Both the position numbers and the translations under genes were made by a program. Positions 1 to 9,272 of a stretch of 32,000 bases of DNA are shown here, one piece after another. Origin of the DNA: Synechococcus elongatus PCC 6301 (GTDB taxonomy: Bacteria > Cyanobacteriota > Cyanobacteriia > Synechococcales > Synechococcaceae). Location: the NCBI RefSeq assembly GCF_000010065.1, contig NC_006576.1, positions 330,001 to 362,000 on the forward strand, in the 5' to 3' direction. The notes beneath the pieces were generated by a model. It worked only from the letters and a program-made list of their open reading frames with translations. It was not told the origin of the DNA and did not search any database. Every line of letters begins with the position of its first letter. Within the stretch, counting starts at the first letter, position 1.

Positions 1-428
1 AAAGCGCAACAAACCGCGATCGCGACGGGAGAATGGGCGATCGCTGATGACTCGGGACTGAGTGTCGATGCGTTAAACGGTGCCCCCGGACTGTTTTCCG
101 CTCGCTGGGGCCATAGCGATCGCGATCGCATCGATCGCTTGCTGCGCGAACTTACAGGACATGAGCAGCGAACCGCAGCGTTCATCTGTGCGATCGCTGT
201 TGCCTCACCCCAAGGCAACATTGTTCTGGCGGTCGAGGGCCATTGTCCCGGCGAAATCCTGACAGCCCCGCAGGGGGCGGGTGGCTTTGGATACGACCCT
301 ATCTTCTGGGTGCCCGAGCTGTGCTCAGCTTTGCTGAGTTAGCGCCTGAGCAAAAACGCCAGGTCAGTCATCGCGGGCGAGCCCTTGCTCAGCTTTTGCC
401 CCAACTGCGATCGGTGGCGACCCAGTAG
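1..428 (+). CDS. rdgB: RdgB/HAM1-type XTP/dITP pyrophosphatase, 5'-truncated by the window edge and interrupted by an apparent frameshift near 320-324
   Basis: Frame 1 reads ADDSGLSVDALNGAPGLFSARW...GGFGYDPIFWVPEL to 321; the family's SFAELAPEQKRQVSHRGRALAQLLPQL tail continues in another frame (ORF 243..428). Confidence 0.8.
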
Positions 429-544
429 ACGGCGCAGCCCTAGTCTCTATGCTCGCTGGGCCAAGAGCGAAGCAACGGAGAGAACTTGAACGAGAAGGCC
501 AGTCGGCGATTGTTAAAATTCAGGCGGCAGGGCGAGGGCACTGA

Positions 545-1258
545 ATGTATGTACTGATTGGCGGCGCCGGCTTAATTGGACAACAGCTAGCTCGACAAGT
601 GCTGGATCAGGGGCACACGGTCGCCGTGATCGATCAGGATCCCCAAGTCTGCAAGATGGTGCGCGATCGCCTTGGTGCTATGGCCTTTGAGGGCAGCGCC
701 GTCAACACGGATATTTTGCTCGAAGCTGGGATCTGTCGCGCCGATGCCGTGGCAGCAGTCCTGCGCCAAGACGCACTCAATCTGGCATTGGTGACTCTGG
801 CGTGTCACTACGGCGTCTCGCGGATTATCAGCCGCATCAGCCAGCAAGACTTCATTGAGCCGATGCGGTTGGCAGGAGCTCATCACATCATCAGCACGGT
901 CGATCTGGTCGTCTCGACGATGGTCAACGCGATCGAATGCCCGCAGGTGGAATCGATGCTCCACTTCGAACAGGGGCAGATCGAGGTCTTCAAGTTGACC
1001 CTCGACAGTCAGTCACCGGTGATTGGCCGCAGTGTCGCAGCGATCGCGCAGGATCGGAACTTCCCCAGTTCGTCGCTGATCATTGGCTACCAGTCCCATC
1101 CCCAGGCAGATCTAGTGATTCCCAGTGGTAACACGGTGCTAGAGGCCAATGCGACGGTTCTGCTGGCAACCAAACCCGGACTGGTGCAATCCTTGGTCAA
1201 CTTTCTGATGCCCAGTCTCTTTAGTCCGCTTCAGCCCGCAGGAGTTCTGCATCAATAA
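545..1258 (+). CDS. TrkA/RCK-type NAD-binding potassium uptake regulatory protein
   Basis: 237 aa ORF; Rossmann-like start MYVLIGGAGLIGQQLARQVLDQGHTVAVIDQD, TrkA-N-like body and C-terminal domain. Confidence 0.8.
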   Translation: MYVLIGGAGLIGQQLARQVLDQGHTVAVIDQDPQVCKMVRDRLGAMAFEGSAVNTDILLEAGICRADAVAAVLRQDALNLALVTLACHYGVSRIISRISQQDFIEPMRLAGAHHIISTVDLVVSTMVNAIECPQVESMLHFEQGQIEVFKLTLDSQSPVIGRSVAAIAQDRNFPSSSLIIGYQSHPQADLVIPSGNTVLEANATVLLATKPGLVQSLVNFLMPSLFSPLQPAGVLHQ

Positions 1259-2864
1259 CCTGCAGGCGATCGGCGATCGCTTCCTCGGTCAGAATGCCTT
1301 TGCGCGCCGAATCGAGTAGGGCATTTTTTTCCACCAGCAGTAAGCGACGCTGCAGGCTCGAAAAAGCGGGAGCTGCGCTGTTGCGGAGATTGGTCGATCG
1401 CCGGTTGTAGAGGCCGCGCAGCGATTGCTCTGCTCCTGCGATCGCCAGTTGGTAGCGCGCCCGTAGTTCTTCATGGACTGCCTTGGGCAAGACCCCTGCA
1501 TCGTAGAGGTTCAGCAATTCCGATTGCACCGCTTTACCGGCAATCAGCTGCGCTTGCAGTTGTTCTGCTTCCTGCGATCGCGTCGAGCGGGTCGCCACCT
1601 TCAAGCGTTTGACAAACCAGGGCAAGCTCAACCCCTGCACCACCAGAGACAGCAACACCACCCCAAATACGAGGTTGACTAGTTCACTGCGGTTCCCGAG
1701 GGTAGCGGGCAAACTCAGCGCCAGAACCATCGAGAGCGAACCCTTGATATTGCCCAAAAACAACACATGCTGCCAGCGGAAGGGGATGGGGCGATCGAAA
1801 CGGTTGACCAGCGCCATCAGGGGATAGACCGTGACGAGGCGAGCAAGCTGGTAGGCCACGATCGCCAGCAGGACAGCCGGCAGCGTTTGCAGCAGCGATC
1901 GCGGATCGACTTCTACACCGATGAACAGAAAGATGAAAGTGTTGACGCAGAAGGCTGCGTACTCCCAAAAGTTGATCAGCGTCAGCCGACTTGAGGGGGA
2001 TTGGGCGCGATCAAGGGCGAGATTCCCCACCGTCAATCCTGCCACCACCACCGCAACAACGCCGGAGACATTCAGCGCTTCCCCTAGCTGAAAGGTGCCC
2101 AAGGCCACGGCGACAGTCAGCAGAATGCCACTGAGGGAGTCATCGGCAAGGGTGCGAAACAAGCCCGAGGCCAAGTAGCCCGTCGCCAGTCCCAGCAGTC
2201 CTCCCCCCAAAACCACCAGAAAAAAGGACTGCACTGCACTGATTGCTGTCACCTGCTCACCGGCCTGCAGTTCGACGATCAGGCCAAAAATCACGAGGGC
2301 TACCCCATCGTTGAACAGACTTTCCCCTTCCACAATCGTGGTCAGGCGTGAGGGCACGGCAATCTCCCGGAAGACGGCAATCACCGAAACCGTGTCGGTA
2401 ATCGCCAGAATGCTGCCCACTAAGAGCGCTGGTATCCAGTCAAGATTCAGGCCAAATTTCAGCACACTGGCCGTGACCCCCGTGGCTAGCAGAATGCCCG
2501 GCCCCGCCAAGACACTGATCGGAGCAAATGAGCTGCGCAGCCGACTGATGTCGGTGTTGATGGCGGCTTGGAAGACCAAAATGGGCAGAAACAGATTGAG
2601 AATTAAGCCTGAATCAATCCCTAGGCGACGCGGCAAGAGGTTGGTAATCGTCAATCCCGCCAACACCAGACCGGTGACGTAGGGAATGCGAAAGCGCCGC
2701 GAAATCAAGGCCACAAGCGTGGCCCCCAGCAGACAAATCGTCAGGGTGGTGGCCAGGTCGGCGCTGGGTTCTGGCTTGGCAGTGACCGCAGCCAGAGAGA
2801 GATCAGCGAGCAGAAAAGGCAGCACGGGCAGGAGGGGTAGCGATCGCCCTCTAGTGTGCGACAA
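1221..2864 (-). CDS. Na+/H+ antiporter, CPA1/NhaP-like, with cytoplasmic C-terminal tail
   Basis: 547 aa polytopic protein with ITDTVSVIAVFREIAVPSRLTTIVEGESLFNDGVALVIF typical of CPA1 antiporters; TTG start in the ORF call. Confidence 0.85.
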   Translation of the reverse strand: MSHTRGRSLPLLPVLPFLLADLSLAAVTAKPEPSADLATTLTICLLGATLVALISRRFRIPYVTGLVLAGLTITNLLPRRLGIDSGLILNLFLPILVFQAAINTDISRLRSSFAPISVLAGPGILLATGVTASVLKFGLNLDWIPALLVGSILAITDTVSVIAVFREIAVPSRLTTIVEGESLFNDGVALVIFGLIVELQAGEQVTAISAVQSFFLVVLGGGLLGLATGYLASGLFRTLADDSLSGILLTVAVALGTFQLGEALNVSGVVAVVVAGLTVGNLALDRAQSPSSRLTLINFWEYAAFCVNTFIFLFIGVEVDPRSLLQTLPAVLLAIVAYQLARLVTVYPLMALVNRFDRPIPFRWQHVLFLGNIKGSLSMVLALSLPATLGNRSELVNLVFGVVLLSLVVQGLSLPWFVKRLKVATRSTRSQEAEQLQAQLIAGKAVQSELLNLYDAGVLPKAVHEELRARYQLAIAGAEQSLRGLYNRRSTNLRNSAAPAFSSLQRRLLLVEKNALLDSARKGILTEEAIADRLQVIDAELLRAEAD

Positions 2865-2967
2865 AACCTCAGACTGCAGCGGTCGTTAACCCCCCTTGTT
2901 AGGATCAAGGACTGTCCTCTTTCGTGGCGGTTCAGGGCAGCAGTCCACCCATGGTTTTCCTCCCGTC

Positions 2968-4093
2968 ATGAATCAGTACTTTGCCACCGTTGGCCGGGGC
3001 CTCGAAGCAATCGCAGCACAAGAGCTGGAGCAGCTTGGGGCCCAAGCGGTGGAACCCCAGTTTTGTGGCGTCGCGTTTCAAGGCGATCGCGAGTTGCTCT
3101 ATCAAGGTCAACCTCTGGGCACGCATTCCCTTTCGGATTCTCTGGGAGATTGATCAGTTTCCCTGCTGGGATGCCACGGATCTCTACGAGGGCATCCGCG
3201 ATATCGACTGGACCTATTTCTTGACGCCCGATCGCAGTTTTGCAGTCAGCGCCACGGGCAAAACCGATCGCCTCAATCACAGTCACTTCACCGCCCTCCA
3301 GGTCAAAAACGCGATCGTCGACCAACAGTGGGAGCAATTCGGCGAGCGATCGCCGATCGATACCGAACGACCAGATCTGCTAGTGCGGGTTCACCTGGCT
3401 CAAGAGCGCTGCAGCCTCAGTCTGGATAGCTCTGGCAGTAGCTTGCACCGACGTGGCTACCGTCCAGCGGTTGGCCTGGCGCCACTCAAAGAATCCCTCG
3501 CAGCGGCATTGATCCAACTCTCGGGCTGGGAGTCATCGCAGATGCTCTACGATCCGCTCTGCGGTTCTGGCACCCTGCCGCTCGAAGCAGGACTGATGGC
3601 CCTGCAGATTGCGCCGGGTCTATTCCGCGATCGCTTTGGTTTTGAGAGCTGGTGCGACTTTGATGCGCAGTTATTCGAGACTCTCTGCCAGCAAGCCCAA
3701 GCCCGTCGTCTGGAGGTACTGCCCGCACCGATTTGGGGTAGCGATCGCGAGGCAGCAGTCGTCGATCAGGCGATCGCCAATGCTGAAAACTCTGGTTTGG
3801 CAGAGCGTGTCTATTTCTCGCAATTAGATTTATCAGACGTGGTCGCTCCTGCTGATAGCGGTGTCTTGATTTGCAACCCGCCCTACGGTGAACGGCTCGG
3901 CAGTGATAGCGATTTAGGGGCGTTCTACAAGCAATTGGGCGATGTGCTCAAGCAACAATTCAAGGGCTGGACGGCTTTTGTTCTCAGTGGCAACAAGGAG
4001 CTAGCGCGGGCGATCGGGCTGAAATCTGCGCAGCGGACGCCTGTTTATAATGGGGGATTGCTCTGCCAGTTAATGAAGTACGAGCTCTACTAA
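2968..4093 (+). CDS. THUMP-domain class I SAM-dependent RNA methyltransferase (RlmK/RlmL-like), split by a +1 frame change at about 3103
   Basis: N-terminal MNQYFATVGRGLEAIAAQELEQLGAQAVEPQFCGVAFQGDRELLY is in frame 2896..3153; KVNLWARIPFRILWEI...LLYDPLCGSGTLPLEA...ICNPPYGERLG...KYELY is in frame 2981..4093. Confidence 0.8.
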
Positions 4094-4156
4094 TAGCTCA
4101 GCTTTTGGATTCGTGGTGAGCGATCGCGCTTTTATTTCTGTTGGCTGAACCGTCGT

Positions 4157-5776
4157 ATGCTGCGCCTCTCCGAAATCAAATTGCCACTGGATCATCCCCC
4201 TGAGGCGATCACCACTGCGATTTTACAGAAACTAAAAATTCAGGCGGATGAGCTGCTTGGCTACGAAATTTTTAAGCGTAGCTACGACGCCCGCAAAAAA
4301 GACGCGATCGTTTGGGTTTATATCCTCGATCTTAAAGTCAAGAATGAGGCGCAACTACTCAAGCGCTTCCAGAAAGATCCCCACGTCAACCCAACCCCTG
4401 ATATGTCCTATCGGGTGGTTGCCCAAGCACCGGAAGGATTGACGGAGCGCCCCGTGGTGATTGGTGCCGGTCCCTGCGGGATGTTTGCGGCTTTAACCCT
4501 CGCGCAGATGGGCTTTCGGCCGATTCTGTTTGAACGCGGTAAAACCGTCCGCGATCGCACGGCAGACACCTTTGCCTTTTGGAAAAAACGGGGCGAGTTC
4601 AACCCGGAATCTAATGCCCAATTTGGTGAAGGCGGTGCGGGTACTTTCTCCGATGGCAAGCTTTACAGCCAAGTTCGGGACCCGCAATACTACGGCCGCA
4701 AGGTATTGACTGAGCTTGTCAATTCCGGAGCTAATCCCGAAATTCTTTATGTCAATAAGCCCCATATTGGCACTTTTAAACTCGTGGGTGTTGTTCAGCA
4801 AATGCGGGCTCGTATTGAAGCCCTAGGTGGTGAAATTCACTTTCAAAGTCGGGTAGAGTCGCTGCATATTGAAGACCGACAAGTGCGAGGATTGCGGTTG
4901 ACTAATGGGGACTATATCCCCGCTCGCCATGTGGTTCTTGCGATCGGCCATAGTGCCCGTGACACCTTTCAAATGCTCTTTGATCAGGGCGTTTACATTG
5001 AGGCCAAGCCCTTTTCGATTGGCTTCCGCATCGAGCATCCCCAACCCCTGATCGATCGCGCTCGTTTTGGTCCCTTTGCCGGCCATAAATCCCTGGGTGC
5101 CGCTGACTATAAATTGGTTCACCACTGTCAGAATGGGCGCACCGTTTACAGCTTCTGCATGTGTCCGGGTGGCTTGGTTGTTGCGGCGACCTCCGAGCCG
5201 GGACGAGTCGTGACCAATGGTATGAGTCAGTACTCCCGCAACGAGCGCAATGCGAATAGCGGCATTGTGGTCGGCATCACGCCAGAGGACTACCCTGGGC
5301 ATCCCTTGGCGGGTATTGATCTGCAGCGTCGCCTCGAAGCCAAAGCCTTTGAGTTGGGTGGTGGTACCTACGAAGCGCCAGGCCAGCTGGTGGGGGACTT
5401 CCTCGCCGGTCGCCCCTCGCAACACCTGGGGACTGTTCGTCCCTCCTACGCCCCTGGCGTGCATCTCACTGATCTGAGTGAGAGTTTGCCCGATTATGCG
5501 ATCGCGGCGATTCGTGAAGCCCTGCCCGCTTTCAATCGCCAGATTCAAGGCTTCGCTCTACCCGACGCCATGCTGACAGGTGTGGAAACACGCACCTCCT
5601 CGCCGGTTCGGATTAAACGTGGCGAAGATTTTCAGAGCCTCAACACAACGGGGCTGTTCCCGGCTGGCGAAGGAGCCGGCTATGCCGGTGGCATTCTGTC
5701 TGCCGGTATTGACGGCATCAAAGTAGCCGAAGCCGTTGCCCTCGCCATGCTGCGATCGCAACCTCAAACGGTCTAA
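4157..5776 (+). CDS. FAD/NAD(P)-dependent oxidoreductase (uncharacterised FAD-dependent dehydrogenase family)
   Basis: 539 aa ORF; [30 protein letters not shown] dinucleotide-binding motif; C-terminal [30 protein letters not shown]. Confidence 0.85.
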   Translation: MLRLSEIKLPLDHPPEAITTAILQKLKIQADELLGYEIFKRSYDARKKDAIVWVYILDLKVKNEAQLLKRFQKDPHVNPTPDMSYRVVAQAPEGLTERPVVIGAGPCGMFAALTLAQMGFRPILFERGKTVRDRTADTFAFWKKRGEFNPESNAQFGEGGAGTFSDGKLYSQVRDPQYYGRKVLTELVNSGANPEILYVNKPHIGTFKLVGVVQQMRARIEALGGEIHFQSRVESLHIEDRQVRGLRLTNGDYIPARHVVLAIGHSARDTFQMLFDQGVYIEAKPFSIGFRIEHPQPLIDRARFGPFAGHKSLGAADYKLVHHCQNGRTVYSFCMCPGGLVVAATSEPGRVVTNGMSQYSRNERNANSGIVVGITPEDYPGHPLAGIDLQRRLEAKAFELGGGTYEAPGQLVGDFLAGRPSQHLGTVRPSYAPGVHLTDLSESLPDYAIAAIREALPAFNRQIQGFALPDAMLTGVETRTSSPVRIKRGEDFQSLNTTGLFPAGEGAGYAGGILSAGIDGIKVAEAVALAMLRSQPQTV

Positions 5777-5852
5777 CGCTGGGAGCAAGTTGGGAGAAGT
5801 CCGGCGACATCTTAAACTGGTGAACGGTCTTGCAAGGAGCGAACAGTCAGCC

Positions 5853-6581
5853 GTGCGTCGGATCATCATTGCCGGGAACTGGAAAATGTACAAAACCCAG
5901 GCCGAAGCCCTGGAGTTCTTGCAAGCCTTTTTGCCACAGCTCAGCGAAACGCCAGAATCGCGCAAAGTTGTGCTCTGTGCACCCTTCACGACCCTGTCTA
6001 GCCTGAGCAAAACCCTCCACGGCAGCCGGGTGCGCGTGGGTGCTCAAAACATTCACTGGGCCAAGGAAGGGGCTTTCACTGGCGAAATCTCGGGAGCAAT
6101 GCTGACGGAGATTGGCGTTCGCTATGTAGTGGTTGGTCACAGTGAGCGCCGTCAGTACTTCGGGGAAACAGATGAAACCGTCAACCAGCGCTTGCTGGCA
6201 GCCCAATCCTTCGGTCTGTTACCGATTCTCTGCGTGGGTGAGTCGAAGCAACAGCGCGATGCTGGTGAGACTGAAGCCGTGATCAGTCGTCAGTTGGAGC
6301 GTGGGTTGGTCGGTGCCGATCAAACCAACTTGGTGATTGCCTACGAACCGATCTGGGCGATCGGGACTGGTGATACCTGTGCAGCCGAGGAAGCTAATCG
6401 CGTCATTGGCCTGATTCGCAGTCAGCTCAAGGATACTGATGTGCCGATCCAGTACGGTGGTTCGGTCAAACCTGAGAACATCGACGAGATCATGGCGCAG
6501 CCAGAAATTGATGGAGCCTTGGTCGGCGGTGCTAGCCTCGAAGCTGAGAGTTTCGCCCGCATCGTCAATTACCAGAGCTAA
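5853..6581 (+). CDS. tpiA: triosephosphate isomerase
   Basis: GTG start giving [23 protein letters not shown]; [27 protein letters not shown] and YGGSVKPEN motifs. Confidence 0.97.
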   Translation: MRRIIIAGNWKMYKTQAEALEFLQAFLPQLSETPESRKVVLCAPFTTLSSLSKTLHGSRVRVGAQNIHWAKEGAFTGEISGAMLTEIGVRYVVVGHSERRQYFGETDETVNQRLLAAQSFGLLPILCVGESKQQRDAGETEAVISRQLERGLVGADQTNLVIAYEPIWAIGTGDTCAAEEANRVIGLIRSQLKDTDVPIQYGGSVKPENIDEIMAQPEIDGALVGGASLEAESFARIVNYQS

Positions 6582-6590
6582 CAGCTCTTG

Positions 6591-6626
6591 CACCCAGCAG
6601 ATTCATAAGGATGTTGCTGCTGGGTG
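6591..6626 (+). terminator. stem-loop downstream of tpiA (possible terminator or 3' stabiliser)
   Basis: CACCCAGCAG (6591-6600) pairs perfectly with CTGCTGGGTG (6617-6626), 16-nt loop, no strong T tract; 10 nt after the tpiA stop. Confidence 0.4.
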
Positions 6627-6732
6627 TAATCAGGCTTTGATCTCAGATCACAGCCCACACTCATTGGAGGAAGCGATCGCAGCTTCATCAGCTGAACTTC
6701 TGACAGTCAGTGCCAATCAAGGACCCTGACAA

Positions 6733-7560
6733 CTAAAGACGAGCAAGCACCTGCTGGCGATAGGTCCAATCATCCAAGCCAAAACCTTGATTCATGCGGT
6801 TGCGATCGCCATTCAGTTGCGCAGTCAAGGCACGCGCCCGCTCCCGAGAATCGGGGTGGGTGCTGAGGAAGGTTATGCCGTTATTGCCAAGGCCGGCCAG
6901 CTTGTGCATCACTGAAATCAAGCCTGCAGGAGCATAGCCAGCCCGCTCCATAATTCGCAGCCCTCGAGCATCCGCGTCAAACTCAGCGCTGCGACTGTTC
7001 GGGCGGTTTAGGGCTAAGTCAACGGCAACTTGAGTGAAGCGATCGCTATCGACACCCAGAGCAGACAATCCAGCTTGCTGTAAGTAACTCTGGCCCAAGC
7101 GCTGGGGCAAGTGCCGCCCTTCAATATGGCCGATTTCATGGGCGAGAACGCCGGCCAATTCCGCTTCATTGCTGAGGAAACCGAGCATCCCCGTGGTGAT
7201 GTAGACGTAGCCACCCATCGTTGCAAAGGCATTGATTTCGCGGCTATCCACCACCTGGAATTGCCAAGGCAGATCAGGGCGATCGCTTTCGGCGGCAAGT
7301 CGTTGACCTACATCGTTGACGTAGGCCGCCAAAATGCGATCGCGATTAGGTCGAAAGCGTTGGCTCAGCATCTGCTGGTTCATTTGCCGCCCCAGCTGCA
7401 CCTCTTGATTGGGGTTGAGGTTGCTAAAGTTCAGGCCCTGAAACAGCTGGATTCCGCCGCGCAGCAGGTTGAGCAGACGCGGGTCAAATTGAGCCTGAGC
7501 AGGCCCTGCTGTTAAAGCTAAGGCCGCGATCGCAGCAATTATCGGACGACGCAAAGACAT
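6733..7560 (-). CDS. M48-family zinc metallopeptidase, secreted or lipid-facing
   Basis: LAGVLAHEIGHIEGRH (HExxH) and STHPDSRERA motifs; start MSLRRPIIAAIAALALTAGPAQA is a signal-peptide-like N-terminus. Confidence 0.87.
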   Translation of the reverse strand: MSLRRPIIAAIAALALTAGPAQAQFDPRLLNLLRGGIQLFQGLNFSNLNPNQEVQLGRQMNQQMLSQRFRPNRDRILAAYVNDVGQRLAAESDRPDLPWQFQVVDSREINAFATMGGYVYITTGMLGFLSNEAELAGVLAHEIGHIEGRHLPQRLGQSYLQQAGLSALGVDSDRFTQVAVDLALNRPNSRSAEFDADARGLRIMERAGYAPAGLISVMHKLAGLGNNGITFLSTHPDSRERARALTAQLNGDRNRMNQGFGLDDWTYRQQVLARL

Positions 7561-7632
7561 AGATTTCCTAGAGCCCCTCAGAACACTAGAGACGCTCTCT
7601 CGATAACCGTCGTTCCATCGCAAGCCGCTTTC

Positions 7633-8811
7633 TTAACTGGCTGCAAAGCGAATCTTGAGGTAATCATCCTCCATGCTGGCACCCATGGGGCTGAGTGCAG
7701 CCAAAGCCTGGGGCAAAACAAGATTGCGGCGATGGTTGCCGATGCGAATGTTCAGCTCATCACCGTTTTTACTAGGGTCAATCTGGCTCTTGGGAATCCC
7801 CGGCAAATAGACCTCGAGGTTGTAATCGCTGCCATTTTGGACAACTCGGAGAGTAGTTTCTTTGTAGTAAACCTGCGTTGGATCTTCGTTGGCGTAAAGG
7901 GTCTCCTTCAGCCGTTCTAGGGCTTCCAGTCCACACATCTCTTCCGAGTAGAGCGGCACTTCCTTGATTGGCAGAGGGTGAAAATCAGCGTGAATTTCGT
8001 CGCGATATTGCTTTTGGTTATCTTTCCAGCGCTGGAAGAAGGGATCCGTAACGCTGTCAGGAATGATCCGATTGGCAATCACCAAATCAGTACCGACGTT
8101 GTAGAGGCTGAGATAAGCGTGGGCCCGCAATGATTCTTTGATCACCATCTTTTCGGGGTTGGTGACCAAACGCACCGAGGTAGTCCCCGGATCCGTCAGG
8201 ACTTTCTCAAGCTCGACCAGCTGTTCGTAGAACTCATAAGGCGCATCCATCACCTCTTTGGTCGGCAGGTTGAAGCCGGCTACCGGGCGAAACAGCGGCT
8301 GAACCAGCGGCCGCAACACTTCCGAAACCGCTTGGAAGGGCTTGTAAAGCTTGCGCATGTACCAGCCCGCAACTTCCGGCAGACTAAGTAGCCGCAGCGC
8401 AGTGCCGGTTGGAGCCGAGTCGATGATCAGGACCTCATACTCGCCTTCGTCGTAGTGGCGCTTCATCCGCACGAGGCTAAAGATTTCATCCATGCCGGGC
8501 AAAATCGCCAGCTCTTCTGCCTCGATTCCTTCTAGACCCCGGGCTTGCAGCACATCCGTGATGTAGCGTTTGACCGCGCCCCAGTTGCCCTCAAGCTCCA
8601 TCAGAGCATCCAATTCCGCACCCCACAGGTTGGGTTTGACCTCACGGGGTTCATGGCCGAGTTCCATATCGAAACTATCGGCGAGAGAGTGGGCCGGATC
8701 CGTACTCAGAACTAAGGTCTTATAGCCGAGTTCCGCACAGCGCAAGCCGGTGGCAGCGGCCACAGAGGTCTTGCCGACGCCGCCCTTACCGGTCATCAAA
8801 ATTACACGCAT
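7633..8811 (-). CDS. ArsA/Get3 (TRC40)-like P-loop ATPase with C-terminal HSP20-like domain
   Basis: [23 protein letters not shown] deviant Walker [13 protein letters not shown] motif; C-terminal [24 protein letters not shown]...[18 protein letters not shown]. Confidence 0.88.
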   Translation of the reverse strand: MRVILMTGKGGVGKTSVAAATGLRCAELGYKTLVLSTDPAHSLADSFDMELGHEPREVKPNLWGAELDALMELEGNWGAVKRYITDVLQARGLEGIEAEELAILPGMDEIFSLVRMKRHYDEGEYEVLIIDSAPTGTALRLLSLPEVAGWYMRKLYKPFQAVSEVLRPLVQPLFRPVAGFNLPTKEVMDAPYEFYEQLVELEKVLTDPGTTSVRLVTNPEKMVIKESLRAHAYLSLYNVGTDLVIANRIIPDSVTDPFFQRWKDNQKQYRDEIHADFHPLPIKEVPLYSEEMCGLEALERLKETLYANEDPTQVYYKETTLRVVQNGSDYNLEVYLPGIPKSQIDPSKNGDELNIRIGNHRRNLVLPQALAALSPMGASMEDDYLKIRFAAS

Positions 8812-8858
8812 GGAGTCCTTGCCCTGATGAGAATCGCTTAAAGATTCGTCAACTTATT

Positions 8859-9272
8859 CTATCGGTGATTTTTAGTGCGCCGTCGCGGTATCTGTTGGCG
8901 TAAAACCGCCCAGGGCGAGCAATCCCAGTAATCGCGGTGGCTGCTAATGGTGCCCTCTGCCGTGAGTTCAAACAGGGTGCGGCCACTGATCTGCGATCGC
9001 GGTCGCCAAGGCCAAGGACTGGTCCAAGTCAGCGTCCAGCGGCTTTCGATGCCCGTCTCAGTCGCATGGATGTCATGCAGGGTCAGCTCAGGATCCAGAA
9101 ACCAGCGATCGATGAAGGCAATCATTTTCTGGTAGCGATCGCGACCCTGAAAGCGCGTCAGGGGATCTTGAAAAAACGCGTCGGGGTCGTAAACCTCGAA
9201 GCTTTGATCCTTGGGAAAGCGGGCATAGTCTTGCCGCAGCGTTTCCAGTAGGTCATCCAGCGCGATCGCCAT
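8859..9272 (-). CDS. conserved cyanobacterial/plastid protein of the DUF2358 (SnoaL/NTF2-like) type
   Basis: 137 aa; LLETLRQDYARFPKDQSFEVYDPDAFFQDPLTRFQGRDRYQKMIAFIDRWFLDPELTLHDI typical of this family. Stop/start overlap with the upstream ClC gene (TGATG). Confidence 0.75.
   Translation of the reverse strand: MAIALDDLLETLRQDYARFPKDQSFEVYDPDAFFQDPLTRFQGRDRYQKMIAFIDRWFLDPELTLHDIHATETGIESRWTLTWTSPWPWRPRSQISGRTLFELTAEGTISSHRDYWDCSPWAVLRQQIPRRRTKNHR

Noticed and set aside
2966-3337. minus-strand 123 aa ORF opposite the methyltransferase gene
   Set aside because: Antisense shadow ORF over a strongly recognisable coding region.
4823-5548. 241 aa minus-strand ORF
   Set aside because: Antisense to the intact FAD oxidoreductase; composition is typical of a shadow frame despite its length.
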